Source of the DNA: Macrostomum lignano
Lineage: Eukaryota
Reading direction: 5' to 3'
DNA length: 64,000 nt
NCBI GenBank assembly: GCA_002269645.1
Contig: NIVC01002030.1
Location: 108,394-172,393, forward strand
The stretch's first letter is position 1, and every line of letters starts with the position of its first letter. Below the pieces are notes generated by a model. The model was not told where the DNA came from. It ran no database searches and saw nothing but the letters and a program-made list of their open reading frames with translations. Below, piece by piece: positions 13,641-44,555 of this stretch. Made by a program: the position numbers and the translations under genes.

Positions 13641-14694
13641 GGGGGTATCGAGGTCCCATGGCGAGGTCAGAGAGGAGGGCAACTTAATTGGGCGAGAGTG
13701 CCTCTCGAATCGAGAGCAGTTAGCTGGGGGACCGATGAGGGCACCCCCCAGCTGCAGTCGCAATTTTTTGTCGAAGGCAGCGGAAAAGACAGAAAAGGCA
13801 GAGAGATGAAGGAAAGGCAGAGCCTGGGGCGGCAGAGATTTCCCAGTGTAAAGTGACCGCTGCGGAGGTACAGAGGAAAGAAGAGCAGAGCAGCGGGGAG
13901 TTCGCGTAGACAGGAGGGAATCTGGATGGAGACTCAAAGTTTGAACTCCACGACGAAAGGGGAGAAGTGGGAGAAGGCGTGTGGGAAGATAGTGGAATTT
14001 TGGGATACGGTGAGGCGAAGAAGCGGTTTGGGGAGGCGGCTGGCGCTTCAAATTCTCCCGGGCAGGAGGAGAAAAGTCTTTGACATTTTGGGAGGCCTGC
14101 GTCCCTTGGGAAGTGACGCTGCGCTGTGTAAATGCGCCGAGAGCGAGAGAGGGCGGAGAGAGGTGAAGTAAGAAGGACAGTTTTGATGGGGCCTGTTGGC
14201 GCTGGATGGGAAACTTAAAGTGCTGGGAAAAGCAGAAAAAAAGAAGAATGAAGAGACTGGTAGACTGGGGTTTCTCCCTGGATAAGTGTGTAATTTTTAA
14301 CTTTTACCTGTAAAGTTTACCGGAGCCGTCTACCGGACTGAGGCCGCTCACTCGCCTGCTCTGCAGTTCGGTCCGGTTAGCCTGCACGCACGGCGGTTGG
14401 TCTGACTGAATTCACCAGTCGCACTGTTCTGCATAGCCGACTGTCAGCTTCAAACCCGCTGTAGCTGAAATATCGGGGGGGGGGGGTTGGGGGCAGTAAG
14501 CAGCGAATGGGAAGCGAAGGCAGACGATTTGGGATTTGGGAAGACAGGGCAGGGAGACGTCAGCACCTCTTGGCAGTAGCTTTGGCTTACCGAAACGCTT
14601 GGAACAGTTAATGCTGCTGAAAACTACTTGTTAACTGCTGAGATATTTGCTGCACTTTGTTGTTGTTTGCTGCACTTTGATAAAACTAGGTGGC

Positions 14695-15020
14695 TGCATG
14701 TGGCACTGAGGTATCATTGAGGCATAATTTGTGGCACTGAGGCATCATTGAGGCATAATTTGTGGCACTGAGACATCATTGAGGCACAGTTTGTGGCACT
14801 GAAGCATCATTGAGTTACAGTTTGTGGCACTGAGGCATCATTGAGGCATAATTTGTGGCACTGAGACATCATTGAGGCACAGTTTGTGGCACTGAGGCAT
14901 CATTGAGGCATAATTTGTGGCACTGAGACATCATTGAGGCACAGTTTGTGGCACTGAGGCATCGATGAGGCACAGTTTGTGGCACTGAGGCATAATTTGT
15001 GGCACTGAGCCATCATTGAG
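14695..15020. repeat. Minisatellite, 31-bp unit TGTGGCACTGAGGCATCATTGAGGCATAATT
   Basis: Direct. Confidence 0.94.
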
Positions 15021-15739
15021 TTACAACGTGCGAGCATTCCTGCATGGCCTGCATGAGTGGCCTGCTTAACAAGCCACTCAACCCACTTGACCTCCAGCCC
15101 TACAAACTTTCTCTTTCTTTTTTCGCATTCAGCTTCGCCTCATATTTTCTCTCTTGTGCGAAGCCTCTTCAAAATTGTCCCCTGCTTGTGTCCCCCGCCC
15201 GAGGCCAGGATTCGGGGGTCCGGCTCTCGCTTAACTGCACTGCCTGTGACATGCTCAGCAGCTCCTGCTCAGTGCCCCGTAGCACTGCTCTATCTTTCGT
15301 GCATCGAATAAAAAAGTGCTCGACCCCTGCAGTCTTAATGGACAAGTCCAGTTCGCCGTTGCTGCCCCGTTCCTTTCACAAGACACGCAGGAAGCACTCC
15401 GAAAAGCTTAAAAGAGACGACTGCGCTGGGTCGATGACGGTCGGAGCCTCTGCCCCCCCCCTCCCTGCAGCCACAGGAGCTCGGGAGATGCCCAGTTGTG
15501 CAATCTCGAAGATACTCGGACAGAGATGAAGAGAAATTTGGGGAGTCTGCTTGCTGCTTCTTTTATCTGCTTCTTTTACTGCTTCTTTTTTAGAAAGCAG
15601 AAAGATCTGCTTCTTTTTACCTGCCTTTGCGGTCTCCCGCTTTGGCACGGCACGCACGGACTGCATCTGCCATTGCCTGATTTTTGGGCCTCTGGTCCCC
15701 CTGAGCGGCTTCTTTATCCGCATTATCTCAGTGCAATGA

Positions 15740-16550
15740 AACTCAGTCACTCTCAACTAATCAGTCACTCTCAGCTACTCAGTCACTCTCAACTAATGAG
15801 TCACTCTCAACTAATCAGTCACTCTCAACTAATCAGTCACTCTCAGCTAATCAGTCACTCTCAGCTAATCAGTCACCCTCAACTAATCAGTCACTCTCAG
15901 CTAATCAGTCACTCTCAGCTAATCAGTCACTCTCAACTAATCAGTCACTCTCAACTAATCAGTCACTCTCAGCTACTCAGTCACTCTCAGCTACTCAGTC
16001 ACTCTCAACTAATCAATCACTCTCAGCTACTCAGTCACTCTCAGCTACTCAGTCACTCTCAGCTACTCAGTCACTCTCAGCTACTCAGTCACTTTCAGCT
16101 AATCAGTCAATCTCAGCTACTCAGTCACTCTCAGCTACTCAGTCACTCTCAGCTACTCAGTCACTCTCAGCTACTCAGTCACTCTCAGCTACTCGGTCAC
16201 TCTCAGCTACTCAGTCACTCTCAACTAATCAGTCACTCTCAGCTACTCAGTCACTCTCAGCTACTCAGTCACTCTCAGCTACTCAGTCACTTTCAGCTAA
16301 TCAGTCACTCTCAGCTACTCAGTCAGTCAGCCACTCAGTCACTCACAGCTACTCAGTCACTCTCAGCTACTCAGTCACTCTCAGCTACTCAGTCACTCTC
16401 AGCTACTCAGTCACTCACAGCTACTCAGTCACTCTCAGCTACTCAGTCACTCTCAACTAATCAGTCACTCTCAACTACTCAGTCACTCTCAGCTACTCAG
16501 TCACTCTCAGCTACTCAGTCACTCTCAGCTACTCAGTCAGTCAGCCACTC
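15740..16550. repeat. Minisatellite, 18-bp unit TCAGTCACTCTCAGCTAC
   Basis: Direct. Confidence 0.96.
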
Positions 16551-17151
16551 TTATTCACTGTCAATTAATTAATCGTCACGGGCTTGAAAAACAAAAAAGT
16601 GCAATTAAAAAGCCACCTGCCCCACTCCGTCAACCCGCTGTGTATTTTAACCATTTTCACCCAGCCTTTTGTGTAGATGTACGCACAGGCAAGCGGGTGG
16701 TAATTAATTATAGATCAAGTTGAAAAAATCCTCAGCAAAAGTACACTGGCTTCGAGAGGAGCGGAGAGTTTTGCTCGGGAAAAAAGCAGGCCAGAGAAAA
16801 TAGATTATCGATCTCTAATAATCTCTGCAAGTCTTTCCTAAGGAAGAAATTCTAGAAGCATAGAACTGTCAATCAATTATTTTTCTCAAGATCAACAAGT
16901 CAGGTGAGTACGGAACAGGCTCTCAGCCGTGCAAAGGCATAGAAACACAAGTAATATAAAATCGCGGCCAGCGGAAGAAACGATTTTGATACAAAACTGA
17001 GATTCAACGGATTTGTAACAAATCGATAAAATAGTCTCTAAGGAGGAGAGTCAATAGGGTGATTGATGCAGTACAACACCAGGCAAAAACAACAGTCGCA
17101 GGCTTAGAGTGCGGTTTTAGACCGAATGAAAGCGGGCTGTACTGAGGCTAC

Positions 17152-19204
17152 CGTTGGCATGGCAACCAACTGCAGGCTGGCGGCTCCGCCCCGGCCCGGC
17201 CCGGCCCGGCAGTAGGACCCAGGCGCGAAGCCGAACGGTGTCTTCTGTAATAAGAGGCAAAAAAATTAAGCATAACATAAGCTACAGGATTTTTTTCGTT
17301 GCCGGGGGCTAGCCGATTAGCCATGGAATGCAGGCTATTTAATTAGCAAGTGAATTTGTTAATTGATCAGATAGTGCGACTGTGAGCTCATTCTGTACAT
17401 AATACAGACTTGAAATACATAAATGTAGAAAGAGAGGCTGGGTGCTCGACAGGGGACTGGGGCAGAGAGATAAGATTGAGAGCCAATCAAAATAAGCAAT
17501 AAGGAGAGAAAGGGAAGATGGAGTGCTCGACTGGGGACTGGGGCAGAGAGATAAGATTGAGAGCCAATCAAAATAAGCAATAAGGAGAGAGAGGGGGAGA
17601 TGGAGTGCTCGACTGGGGACTGGGGCAGAGAGATAAGATTGAGAGCCAATCAAAATAAGCAATAAGGAGAGAGAGGGGGAGATGGAGTGCTCGACTGGGG
17701 ACTGGGGCAGAGAGATAAGATTGAGAGCCAATCAAAATAAGCAATAAGGAGAGAGAGGGGGAGATGGAGTGCTCGACTGGGGACTGGGGCAGAGAGATAA
17801 GATTGAGAGCCAATCAGAATAAGCGATAAGGACAGAGAGGGAGAGATGGAGTGCTCGACTGGGGCAGAGAGATAAGATTGAGAGCCAATCAGAATAAGCG
17901 ATAAGGACAAAGAGGGAGAGATGGAGTGCTCGACTGGGGCAGAGAGATAAGATTGAGAGCCAATCAAGAGAGAGGCGGAGAAGGCGGATAAGGATAGAAG
18001 GAGATGCGGAGTGCTCGACAGTACATAAGCCTACTGCTTAGAGCATGCATGCATCTAACAGTGCATACCTACTGTCCTTACTTCCCTGCAACTCAATCGA
18101 CCCATAAGCCACTGAAGTACATGTACAATTCATTCAGTGTTTGAAGATTACACCAGAGATGTGGCTATACTATAACAATTTTTGTGTCAAAAGCGATCTA
18201 CAGGTGCGTTTGTTAATTTAACAACAAAATTAGTAAAAGCACACACGGATTTCCGCATTAGGGCCCGCCATTTTTAAGATTAAAAATTCGAAACACGAAT
18301 CCCAACTGCGCTACTCGCAATCGCACTGATTAGGTGTTGATTTTAATCTCGCAATTGCTGGCTCTTGTGAGAGAGGTGCTGCAATCCAGCTGCAAGTGCG
18401 CACTAGCGATTACTAGCTAGTGGTATTTAAGACATCGGTCTCAAAAAGGCTTACTCAAAGGTCACAGCAGCCGGCTGTGCCCATCTCCAATGAGCGGCAG
18501 CTGCAACAGGCGGATTTTTGTTTTACGTAATTGCGAAATTGGGATAAATTCTTACAGCATGAGTAGGACTCTGCTAGGGCACGCATGTTACACGAAGTAA
18601 ATTCAATCGTTTACCGCTTAGCTGCCCTGCCTACTCAGTGCACAAGGGCATTAGCAGCACATTAGTACAAAATTTTAACACAAGTTCGACATCAATAGGA
18701 CGCTAGTAGACACAAACGGTATACATCAAGTACACGAACTATCGTGCAAGCAAATCGGCAGATGAATACAATTAGTGCAGGTGGATAGTACATGCAGAAC
18801 AAAAGTACACAAGAAATACGCCCATAACACTTTCAAACAACTAAACTAACAAGTTCACAATTAGTGAAGGATCGCTAGTACATTAATAACTACCGCACGG
18901 AATAAGCACTGAAATAATAAGCTAAGTATTGTATGCCATGTAAGGATAATCTGGGAGTCAAATTTTGAAAACTCTCAATGTTGTTCCTACTCATTATCGC
19001 CCCAAGGACTCACCCGATTCGGCCTCGATCGCTCAGCCGTCGCGAACTCCGCCGGTTGCTCCGTCAGTGCAGCAGCTGCCGAGCTCCGCTGCCCGGTGGT
19101 GCCCTGAGCCGGCCAGGGCCCGCCGATGCTCGCGCGGCTCTTCTGACTCTGGCCGGACCTGCCGTTGCTGTCGGACCTGCCGCGGTGTCTCCGCTGCTTA
19201 TCAA
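17152..19204 (-). CDS. Candidate coding exons of unassigned gene (19204-19014 and 17244-17152), between the CCP 3' end and the SARA-like exons
   Basis: GC3-rich open frames (VDKQRRHRGRSDSNGRSGQ...RSRPNR; KTPFGFAPGSYCRAGPGRGG...AMPT) bounded by AG and GTGAGT/GTAGCC; phase 0 to 0 compatible; no recognisable domain. Confidence 0.35.
17440..17975. repeat. Minisatellite, ~82-bp unit containing GAGTGCTCGACTGGGG and AGCCAATC
   Basis: About 6-7 tandem copies. Confidence 0.94.
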
Positions 19205-19211
19205 CTAGAAA

Positions 19212-19605
19212 CCCGCCACCCCACAGCACCCGCCACCCAACAGCACCCGGCACCCCACAGCACCCGCCACCCCACAGCACCCGCCACCCCACAGCACCCG
19301 CCACCTCACAGCACCCGCCACCCAACCGCACCCGTCACCCACAGCACCCGCCACCCAACCGCACCCGCCACCCCGCAGTCCCACCACCCCACGGCACCCA
19401 CCACCCCACAGTCCCACCACTCCACGGCACCCACCACCCCACAGTCCCACCACTCCACGGCACCCGCCACCCAACCGCACCCACCACCCCACAGTCCCAC
19501 CACTCCACGGCACCCACCACCTCACAGTCCCACCACTCCACGGCACCCACCACCCCACAGTCCCACCACTCCACGGCACCCGCCACCCCACAGCACCCGC
19601 CACCT
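19212..19605. repeat. C-rich minisatellite, ~17-bp unit CAGCACCCGCCACCCCA and derivatives
   Basis: Direct. Confidence 0.9.
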
Positions 19606-19642
19606 CGAAGCTATACAATGCAAGGAACCCCCAAGCGGTCTC

Positions 19643-37360
<17,718 letters not shown>

Positions 37361-37989
37361 TAGCGGTGCTGACTTCTGCTTGCTCTTGAGCTCTGCTATG
37401 CCTGCTGGCTGTCTACTGGTGCATGGTGGCAGCAGCGGAGCCGCTCTGGTGGGGATTGATTGAGTGCGGCGATGCGAACAGCTCAGCTCCCCTTCATCCC
37501 GTATAGAACTGCACGCCAAATATGCTGGCACATGTCAAGCAGCTTGTCAACCCCCCCCCATAAGGCATGTTTCAGTCCAATGATGAAAGAACTGTCAGCC
37601 GATGAAAGCCCTGATAATGCTAGTAGTATAAATTTTTTGCTTGCACCTGGCTGGCTCTGCCTCTCTTCTAGTAGGCTTCTCCTCCCTTTCCTAGCAGTTT
37701 TTTCACAATGGAGTAGAATGCCAATGGGAATAAATATTCTGCCTCCTATGCTTGGACTCCTGCGCTTGTGTTATTGGCTAGCGAACAGCATGATGGCTGG
37801 CTTCTTGACAGACGGAGTGAAAACTCTTAATAATGTTAATAAGGTTTCACAGCAACTGACGAAGCCATGTCAGTGAGGTATGTACGGTGATCTGAATAGA
37901 GAAAGATGACAAACAGATGGGCGTCTGAAGTCGGAGAGCATGGAAAGGAAGTCCAACATTGATAATTCGGGGGAAATGGGAGGGAAAAG

Positions 37990-38250
37990 AGAGAGGGAGC
38001 GTGAGAGGGAGAGGGGAGAGGGAGAGTGAGAGAGGGAGGAGAGGGATAGTGAGAGAGGGAGGGGAGAGTGAGAGAGGGAGAGGGAGAGTGAGAGAGGGAG
38101 GCGGAGGGATAGGAGAGAGGGAGAGTGAGAGAGGGATGGGGGGAGAGGAGAGAGTGAGAGAGAACGAGAGAGAGAAGGAGAGGGAGAGTTGAGAATGAGA
38201 GAGTGAAAGGGAGAGAGAGGGAGAGAGAGTGTGAGTGAGAGGTGGAGAGT
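37990..38250. repeat. GA-rich low-complexity tract
   Basis: Direct. Confidence 0.85.
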
Positions 38251-39164
38251 GTGATGGGAGCGAGGAGAAGGGGAGCGCAGAGAACAAAGAGCAGCAGACC
38301 AAGAACAAAATACTCAGTCGCGAGGAGCTTCTACTCCAGCAGTTGGCAAGTCAGAGAAAGCAGAAAGCCGAAAGCAGAAAATGAAAGATAGCAGCAGTGT
38401 TGACCCAGCCGGCAGAGCTGGGGCCAACCCAGTAAAAAAGGCAGATAAGCCTGTCACTCACCGCAGTCAATTATCAAAGTTTCCCGACTGCAAAGCACCG
38501 CCTACAAGATTTTGCTAATAAGAATTCTTGGCTAGCAGCAGCAGCCGGGCTGAGTGCACAGATTTTATTTCTTTGCTGCTGTTGCTGCTCTCTGCGGGCT
38601 GAAGAGGCCGAGCGGTCCCTGCTATGCGCAGGTCAGGAGCGCCGCAGTTTAGCTACTGAGCCAGACACGGGCTGCTTGGCCTGCCGCCGCCGCCCGCTGT
38701 TGTTGTTGGAGATTGGGGGGGTGGTGGGGGCGGGGGTGCTGCGCTAGCAGACTGTCTGCCCGCTGCTGCCGCCCCTCCCTCCGCCACCAGCCGCTCTCAG
38801 TTAATGGAGAAGCTTGCGCGCTCAGCCCGCTTACACAGTTGAGTTCTCTCGCCAATGCGCCGCTGCCGCTGCGCCCGCAGCCGCCTCAACTCCGCTGATG
38901 CTCACAGCAGCAGGCCCAATAGCTGCGAGCTCAGCTCAGCCACTGTCTCAAGGCTGCCAGCCCTGTCAATATGTGCGTCGCGCTGATCTTTGGCATTTCA
39001 CTTCTCTGCTTTGCCACTGCTGCCGCAGCTGCCCCCAGTATCCGCTGTCTACTGGCTCCATCCGCTCTGTCCCTGACTATCCGCTATTTTCCTAACTTCC
39101 CGAATGCTTTTTCCCTACCCGCTATCTCTTTGACTTTGACTATCCGCTCTTTCCCTGGATATTA

Positions 39165-39492
39165 TCCGCTCTTTACCTGCCCTTTTCCGCTCTTTACCTG
39201 CCCTTTTCCGCTCTTTACCTGCCCTTTTCCGCTCTTTACCTGCCCTTTTCCGCTCTCTCCATGGATATATCCGCTCTGATTTACCTGCCCTTTTCCGCTC
39301 TCTGCCTAGTTCTATCCGCTCTCTCCCTAATTCTATCCGCTCTTCCTAATTTCGTCCGCTCTCTCCCTAATTCTATCCTCTCATCCTAATTTCATAAAAT
39401 CTCTCACTATCCTCTCTTTCCCTAATTCTATCCACTCTCTCCCTAATTCCACCGCTCTCTCCCTAATTCTATCCGCTCTCTGTCTCTAAAGC

Positions 39493-39585
<93 letters not shown>
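39165..39585. repeat. 21-bp minisatellite (CTCTTTACCTGCCCTTTTCCG), then CCTAATTCTATCCGCTCTC units and (CT)n
   Basis: Direct. Confidence 0.88.
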
Positions 39586-39589
<4 letters not shown>

Positions 39590-40103
39590 TTCTATCCGCT
39601 CTATCCACTCTCAAAACTCTCATCTCCCCTCTTCCTTCAATTTTTTAACTCTCTAAATCATTTTTTATTTCTACGGAAACATTCTTGGCCCAGCTCAGAA
39701 CCCTCACCCAAATCCTAGTCTTTCCCTGCACCTCATTACCTCTCTTGCAGCCTCTTTTCCCCATCAGGCTTAATCTCTGACCAAAACCCACCCACCCCAT
39801 GATTCCCTGTCCGTCTTTGGTCTCTCCTGCCTCATCATCTTCTGCTCCCATCGCTTCTTCCCTCCCTCCTCTTCTCATCCTTTGCACCGCTTGAGACACC
39901 TGCAATTTACGCTTAAGGGATTTTTTCCCTGACACAACTTGTCCATCTGGACTTTTTGCGTTGTTAATTTTTTTACACTTGCGGCTAACAGTGTCGAGAG
40001 TGTCGAGAGTGTCGAGAGTGTCGAAAGCTTTGACAATCTATTCAGACTCCTATTCAGTAGTATAAAAGCATTTCACTGGATTATTCTGAGCTACTGATAT
40101 AAT

Positions 40104-40464
40104 AGGGGTTGGAGCCTTAGGGTTGGAGCCTTAGGGGTTGGAGCCATAGGGGTTGGAGCCTTAGGGGTTAGAGGTCGGGGGTTGGAGCCTTAGGGGTTGG
40201 AGCCTTAGGGGTTAGAGGTCGGGGGTTCGATTCTCGACCCACTCGGAATAATTTGTATCCTTGAGCAAGACACTTAACTCTGCATTGCTTCAGTTCACCC
40301 AGCTGTAAAATGGGTGCCAGCATTAGCTGGGGTAATTGAGGGTGTGTGGCGACCCCCCAGTCCTTGGACTGAACAGCCGTACGCAGCCTTCAGATGCGCC
40401 GCGCAATAGCTGCGGCTGAGCTGTCGGTTGCACATCTGCCCATTAGGGCAGGTGAAATAAAAAA
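40104..40464 (+). mobile_element. CORE-type SINE, family 1, copy B; 5' end expanded into 15-bp GGGGTTGGAGCCTTA tandem repeats (40104-40225)
   Basis: Body near-identical to copies A and C; head partly deleted and tandemly amplified. Confidence 0.85.
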
Positions 40465-40545
40465 GGCTACTGACGCTTATTTCTCGCGAATTGCCAAAAA
40501 AGTACAAGCATCTTAAATGATAAAAAATGGTCGAAACTTCGAAGA

Positions 40546-40600
40546 TTTGCCAGGTTCGAACCAAGGTCGCTGCGTTTGCAGGCGAACGCATTGGTGATTA
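40546..40600 (-). pseudogene. Degenerate tRNA-like fragment (anticodon loop CTGCAAA, box B GGTTCGAACC)
   Basis: Minus strand GCGTTCGCCTGCAAACGCAGCGACCTTGGTTCGAACCTGGC; no intact box A or acceptor stem. Confidence 0.3.
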
Positions 40601-41119
40601 GGCTGGTACAGCTTTGATTATATAGCATTGCTCTGGTTTCTCGTTGCTCCAGCAAAAAAACGAAGTTAATACGCCAATATGCTACTAAAATTGGTTGAAT
40701 AACTTACTATTTGCAAGGCTCTCCATATTTTCGTATTTAACAGAGAGAGACAATATTTGTAACAGTTGTAAAACTTTTAACAACATTGGCGCATCCGCAG
40801 ATGCCATTTTCCAACCCATACTGTTTTTGTCTATAAAAAGACTCAAAATCTACTCAGAACCTGCAGAAATGCCTGCATAAGCTTGGCGTTTATTAAGGGG
40901 GGGGGTGAGGTTGGTTGGTAGCTTCGCTACGCAGTGGGAAGGAGATGATTTATTACTAAATTTAGCATCCGCGCATGCGGCTCTCTACAATAGCCCGCTG
41001 AATTATTATATTTTTATAATAAAAGGCCTCATTTGACTACTGTAACAAGTAGCCAAGTAAGATTTTAACTAGATTATTTAGAACTGCTTAGCTAATAGAT
41101 TCCTGCCCAATAGGTTCGA

Positions 41120-41562
41120 GATAGGGAGAGAGGGGAAGGCGAGAGGCGAGAGGACAGTGAAAAAGTGAGAGGGTTAGGGGAGAGGGTGAGGGGAGAGGGG
41201 AGAGGGGAGAGGTTGAGGGTAGAGGGAAGAGGGTAAGGGGGAGAAGGGAGAAGGGAGAAGGGAGAAAGGAGAGGGGAGAGGGTGAGGGTGAGGGGAGAGG
41301 GAGAGGGTGAGGGGAGAGGGAGAGGGTGAGGGGAGAAGTAGAGGGTGAGGAGAGAAGGAGAGGGTGAGGGGAGAGGGAGAGGGTGAGGGGAAAGGGAGAG
41401 AGTGAGGGAAGTGGGTGAGAGGAGAGGGAGAGGGTGAGGGTGAGGGGAGAGGGTGAGAGGAGAGGGTGAGGGGAGAGGGTGAGGGGAGAGGGTGAGGGGA
41501 GAGGGTGAGAGGAGAGGGAGAGGGAGAGGGTGAGGGGAGAGGGTGAGGGGAAAAAGAGAGGG
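41120..41562. repeat. GAGAGGGTGAGGG-type G/A-rich repeat
   Basis: Direct. Confidence 0.9.
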
Positions 41563-41948
41563 TGATTATTGAATTTCAGCCTGATTGATTTTTCTTTTAA
41601 AGATTTTCCTCGGTTATTATTTCGTACTTGAACTCGGTTATCAAGTTGAAGTATTAAAGGTAAGTAAACAGAAAGTTGCGGTATCTACTGCAATAATGAT
41701 TAAAGCTACTGCTCTAGGTATGCTAAAGCATATTTCTTCGAGCAAAACATGGCTTAGTGTATTTAAGGTTAAGGAAAATAAGTGATTGATAAAGCTAATA
41801 AAGCGTCAATATTGAAGATGCCCTAAACTGAGCATTAGTAATAAATGAGTCTAGTGAATAAATCTGCACTGGTAAACAGATGAAACCCCACCTATGGATA
41901 ATAGACTCAGCGATGGAGTTGAATTCCATAGCATCCCACTTAAGTTCA

Positions 41949-42670
41949 TAGATCCCAGATCCCTATAGATCCCAAATCCCTATATAGATCCCAGATCCCT
42001 ACTATTGATCCCAGATCCCTACTATAGATCCCAGATCCCTACTATAGACCCCAGATCCCTACAATAGATCCCAGATCCCTAAAATAGATCCCAGATCCCT
42101 ACTATAGATCCCAGATCCCTACTATAGATCCCAGATCCCTACAATAGATCCCAGATCCCTACTATAGATCCCAGATCCCTACTATAGATCCCAGATCCCT
42201 ACTATAGATCCCAGATCCCTACTATAGATCCCAGTTCCCTACTATAGATCCCAGATCCCTACAATAGATCCCAGATCCCTACAATAGATCCCAGATCCCT
42301 ACAATAGATCCCAGATCCCTACAATAGACCCCAGATCCCTACAATAGATCCCAGATCCCTACAATAGATCCCAGATCCCTACTATAGATCCCAGATCCCT
42401 ACTATAGATCCCAGATCCCTACAATAGATCCCAGATCCCTAATATAGATCCCAGATCCCTACTATAGATCCCAGATCCCTACTATAGATCCCAGATCCCT
42501 ACTATAGATCCCAGTTCCCTACTATAGATCCCAGATCCCTACAATAGATCCCAGATCCCTACAATAGATCCCAGATCCCTACAATAGATCCCAGATCCCT
42601 ACAATAGATCCCAGATCCCTACAATAGATCCCAGATTCCTACTATAGATCCCAGATCCCTATAGATCCCA
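41949..42670. repeat. Minisatellite, 20-bp unit ATAGATCCCAGATCCCTACT/ACA
   Basis: Direct. Confidence 0.97.
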
Positions 42671-43061
42671 ACTCGGCCGACCGGCCCCGGCCTCGGTCAG
42701 TCAGACAGGAGCACAGCTCGCACACCGGCTCGTACCAGCAGCATCCGGTTTGTTGCCGTGACAACGGCGTCAAGCCGCTGACTGCAAATATGTCGCAGCA
42801 GGTCTCGCACATCACGGCCAGGGTGGCGCCGACGCCGCCATCGACACTGCCGCCGACGCTGTCGAGGTCGCAGAGGTCGCAGTCGACGCTGCGGCCCATG
42901 CGGATGTAGGACGACGAGTCTCCGCTGGCGGCGGCGCACCGGCTGCTGTTCAGTTCGGCGCCGGAGTCGCAGCTGCTGCCGCACCGGCTGAACAGGCGGC
43001 GGAGGGCGCCGGAAAGGCGGCTCAGCTGAAAGCGGCTACGGCGAAGGCGGCCTGCAGACAT
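42642..43061 (-). CDS. Small Cys-rich orphan protein (139 aa), unknown function
   Basis: Strong GC3 codon bias; CAG 5 nt upstream of the ATG; CDLCD, CETCC, CCW and CELCSC motifs; no family recognised. Confidence 0.5.
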   Translation of the reverse strand: MSAGRLRRSRFQLSRLSGALRRLFSRCGSSCDSGAELNSSRCAAASGDSSSYIRMGRSVDCDLCDLDSVGGSVDGGVGATLAVMCETCCDIFAVSGLTPLSRQQTGCCWYEPVCELCSCLTDRGRGRSAELGSIGIWDL

Positions 43062-43582
43062 TTTTTCTGAGCTGGGCTTGAGCTGCCTGCCTGCCTGCCA
43101 ACGTATGCTAAAATACTGGATTGATGCATGAGCGCTGGCTTGGACTGTTATAGTTTATGGTCATTCTCTGCGGGTAGCGTCAGTGTGCGAAAAGCAAGGA
43201 ACACAAAAATTCCAATATAAAATAATGTTCGTATAAGCTACTTGCCAGAAGTAGTTTAACTAACCAACTTTTTGAAAAAATAACGAAATAACTCTAACCA
43301 GAATGCATTGAATCAAGAGGGCTTTTACCACCAAATAAATGTCAGCTTCGTGTGATCTTTTTAGTGGCTCTTGTGCTCGCCTCATGGCTGGGCGCCGGCG
43401 TCAGCCGATGCAACTCCGAGTGCGCGCCTGTGTTTGCCGGTAGGGTGTCTGCAGCGTCAGCCAATCGTATGGCTAGTGCATTCTGTATGCTCTCCAGAAA
43501 TCGGGATTTTCTCGGGTGATTTGTCTATGGTGAAAACCCATTCGTACTAAATGCACTTGCAATATACTGCAAGTCATTCAGG

Positions 43583-43853
43583 GCCCAACTGCTTGGACTC
43601 AACCGCAGGGACATCAGGGCGGTGACCATGGCCCTCTGGAAGTCATGGCTGTTTTGCCAGACATCGCTACCTCCAAGAAAAAATCCGTGGCAAGGAATGT
43701 CCCTTCTGCCTCTCCAGTGTCGAGAATGCGGAGCATTTCATCTGTGAATGCCCCGCCTTTACTCAGGACAGGCTCACCTACCTCCGCCCAAACCCTGACC
43801 TCTCTAAAGTTTTCACGCCCGAGAATCTCAGCCACCTAACGGCTACAGGATGA
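43583..43853 (+). mobile_element. 3' fragment of a non-LTR retrotransposon ORF2 (R1/LOA/I-group-like), frameshifted
   Basis: LLGLNRRDIRAVTMAL//GSHGCFARHRYL...CPFCLSSVENAEHFICECPAFTQDR contains the CX2CX8HX4C C-terminal zinc knuckle; 1-nt frameshift near 43640. Confidence 0.8.
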
Positions 43854-43957
43854 GCAACCATTCACCTCCTTGACTCTCCGAAGGGGGACCGCGCTGCGGA
43901 CACAGGCACCACCGGATCTCCCTGCGCGGCACCGCAGCAACAGGTGTCCGTGGTCGC

Positions 43958-44555
43958 AAGCCCATACCATACCATAGACACAACCCCCATACCATACCAT
44001 AGACACAACCCCCATACCATATCATAGACACAACCCCCATACCATACCATAGACACAACCCCCATACCAAACCATAGACACAACCCCATACCATACCATA
44101 GACACAACCCCATGCCATACCATAGACAAAACCCCATGCCATACCATAGACACAAACCCATACCATACCATAGACACAACCCCATACCATACCATAGACA
44201 CAAACCCATACCATACCATAGACACAACCCCCATACCATATCATAGACACAACCCCCATACCATACCATAGACACAACCCCATACCATACCATAGACACA
44301 ACCCCATACCATACCATAGACACAACCCCATACCATACCATAGACACAACCCCATACCATACCATAGACACAACCCCATACCATACCATAGACACAACCC
44401 CATACCATACCATAGACACAACCCCATACCATACCATAGACACAACCCCATACCATACCATAGACACAACCCCATACCATACCATAGACACAACCCCATA
44501 CCATACCATAGACACAACCCCATACCATACCATAGACACAACCCCATACCATACC
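43958..44555. repeat. Minisatellite, 24/25-bp unit CATACCATACCATAGACACAACCC
   Basis: Direct. Confidence 0.97.

Noticed and set aside
2620-15750. Short K/R-rich broken frames at ~2.6-3.2, 4.6-5.0, 9.5-9.9, 12.4-12.8, 13.6-14.2 and 15.0-15.7 kb that may be decayed TE ORFs
   Set aside because: Multiple stops and frameshifts, no diagnostic motif I can support
37412-37432. Perfect Kozak GCCACCATG followed by a 3-codon ORF (MHQ*) on the minus strand
   Set aside because: Lies out of frame within a GC3-rich frame that appears to be the real CCP exon; probably coincidental, as the TSS is unknown
38600-38900. Coding-like minus-strand stretch (ELRRLRAQRQRRIGERTQL) as a possible upstream CCP exon
   Set aside because: No consistent acceptor or phase to join it to the 37.3-kb exon; homopolymer runs make the frames unreliable
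40104-40225. TTAGGG-like telomeric motif
   Set aside because: Part of the 15-bp SINE-head repeat, not a (TTAGGG)n tract
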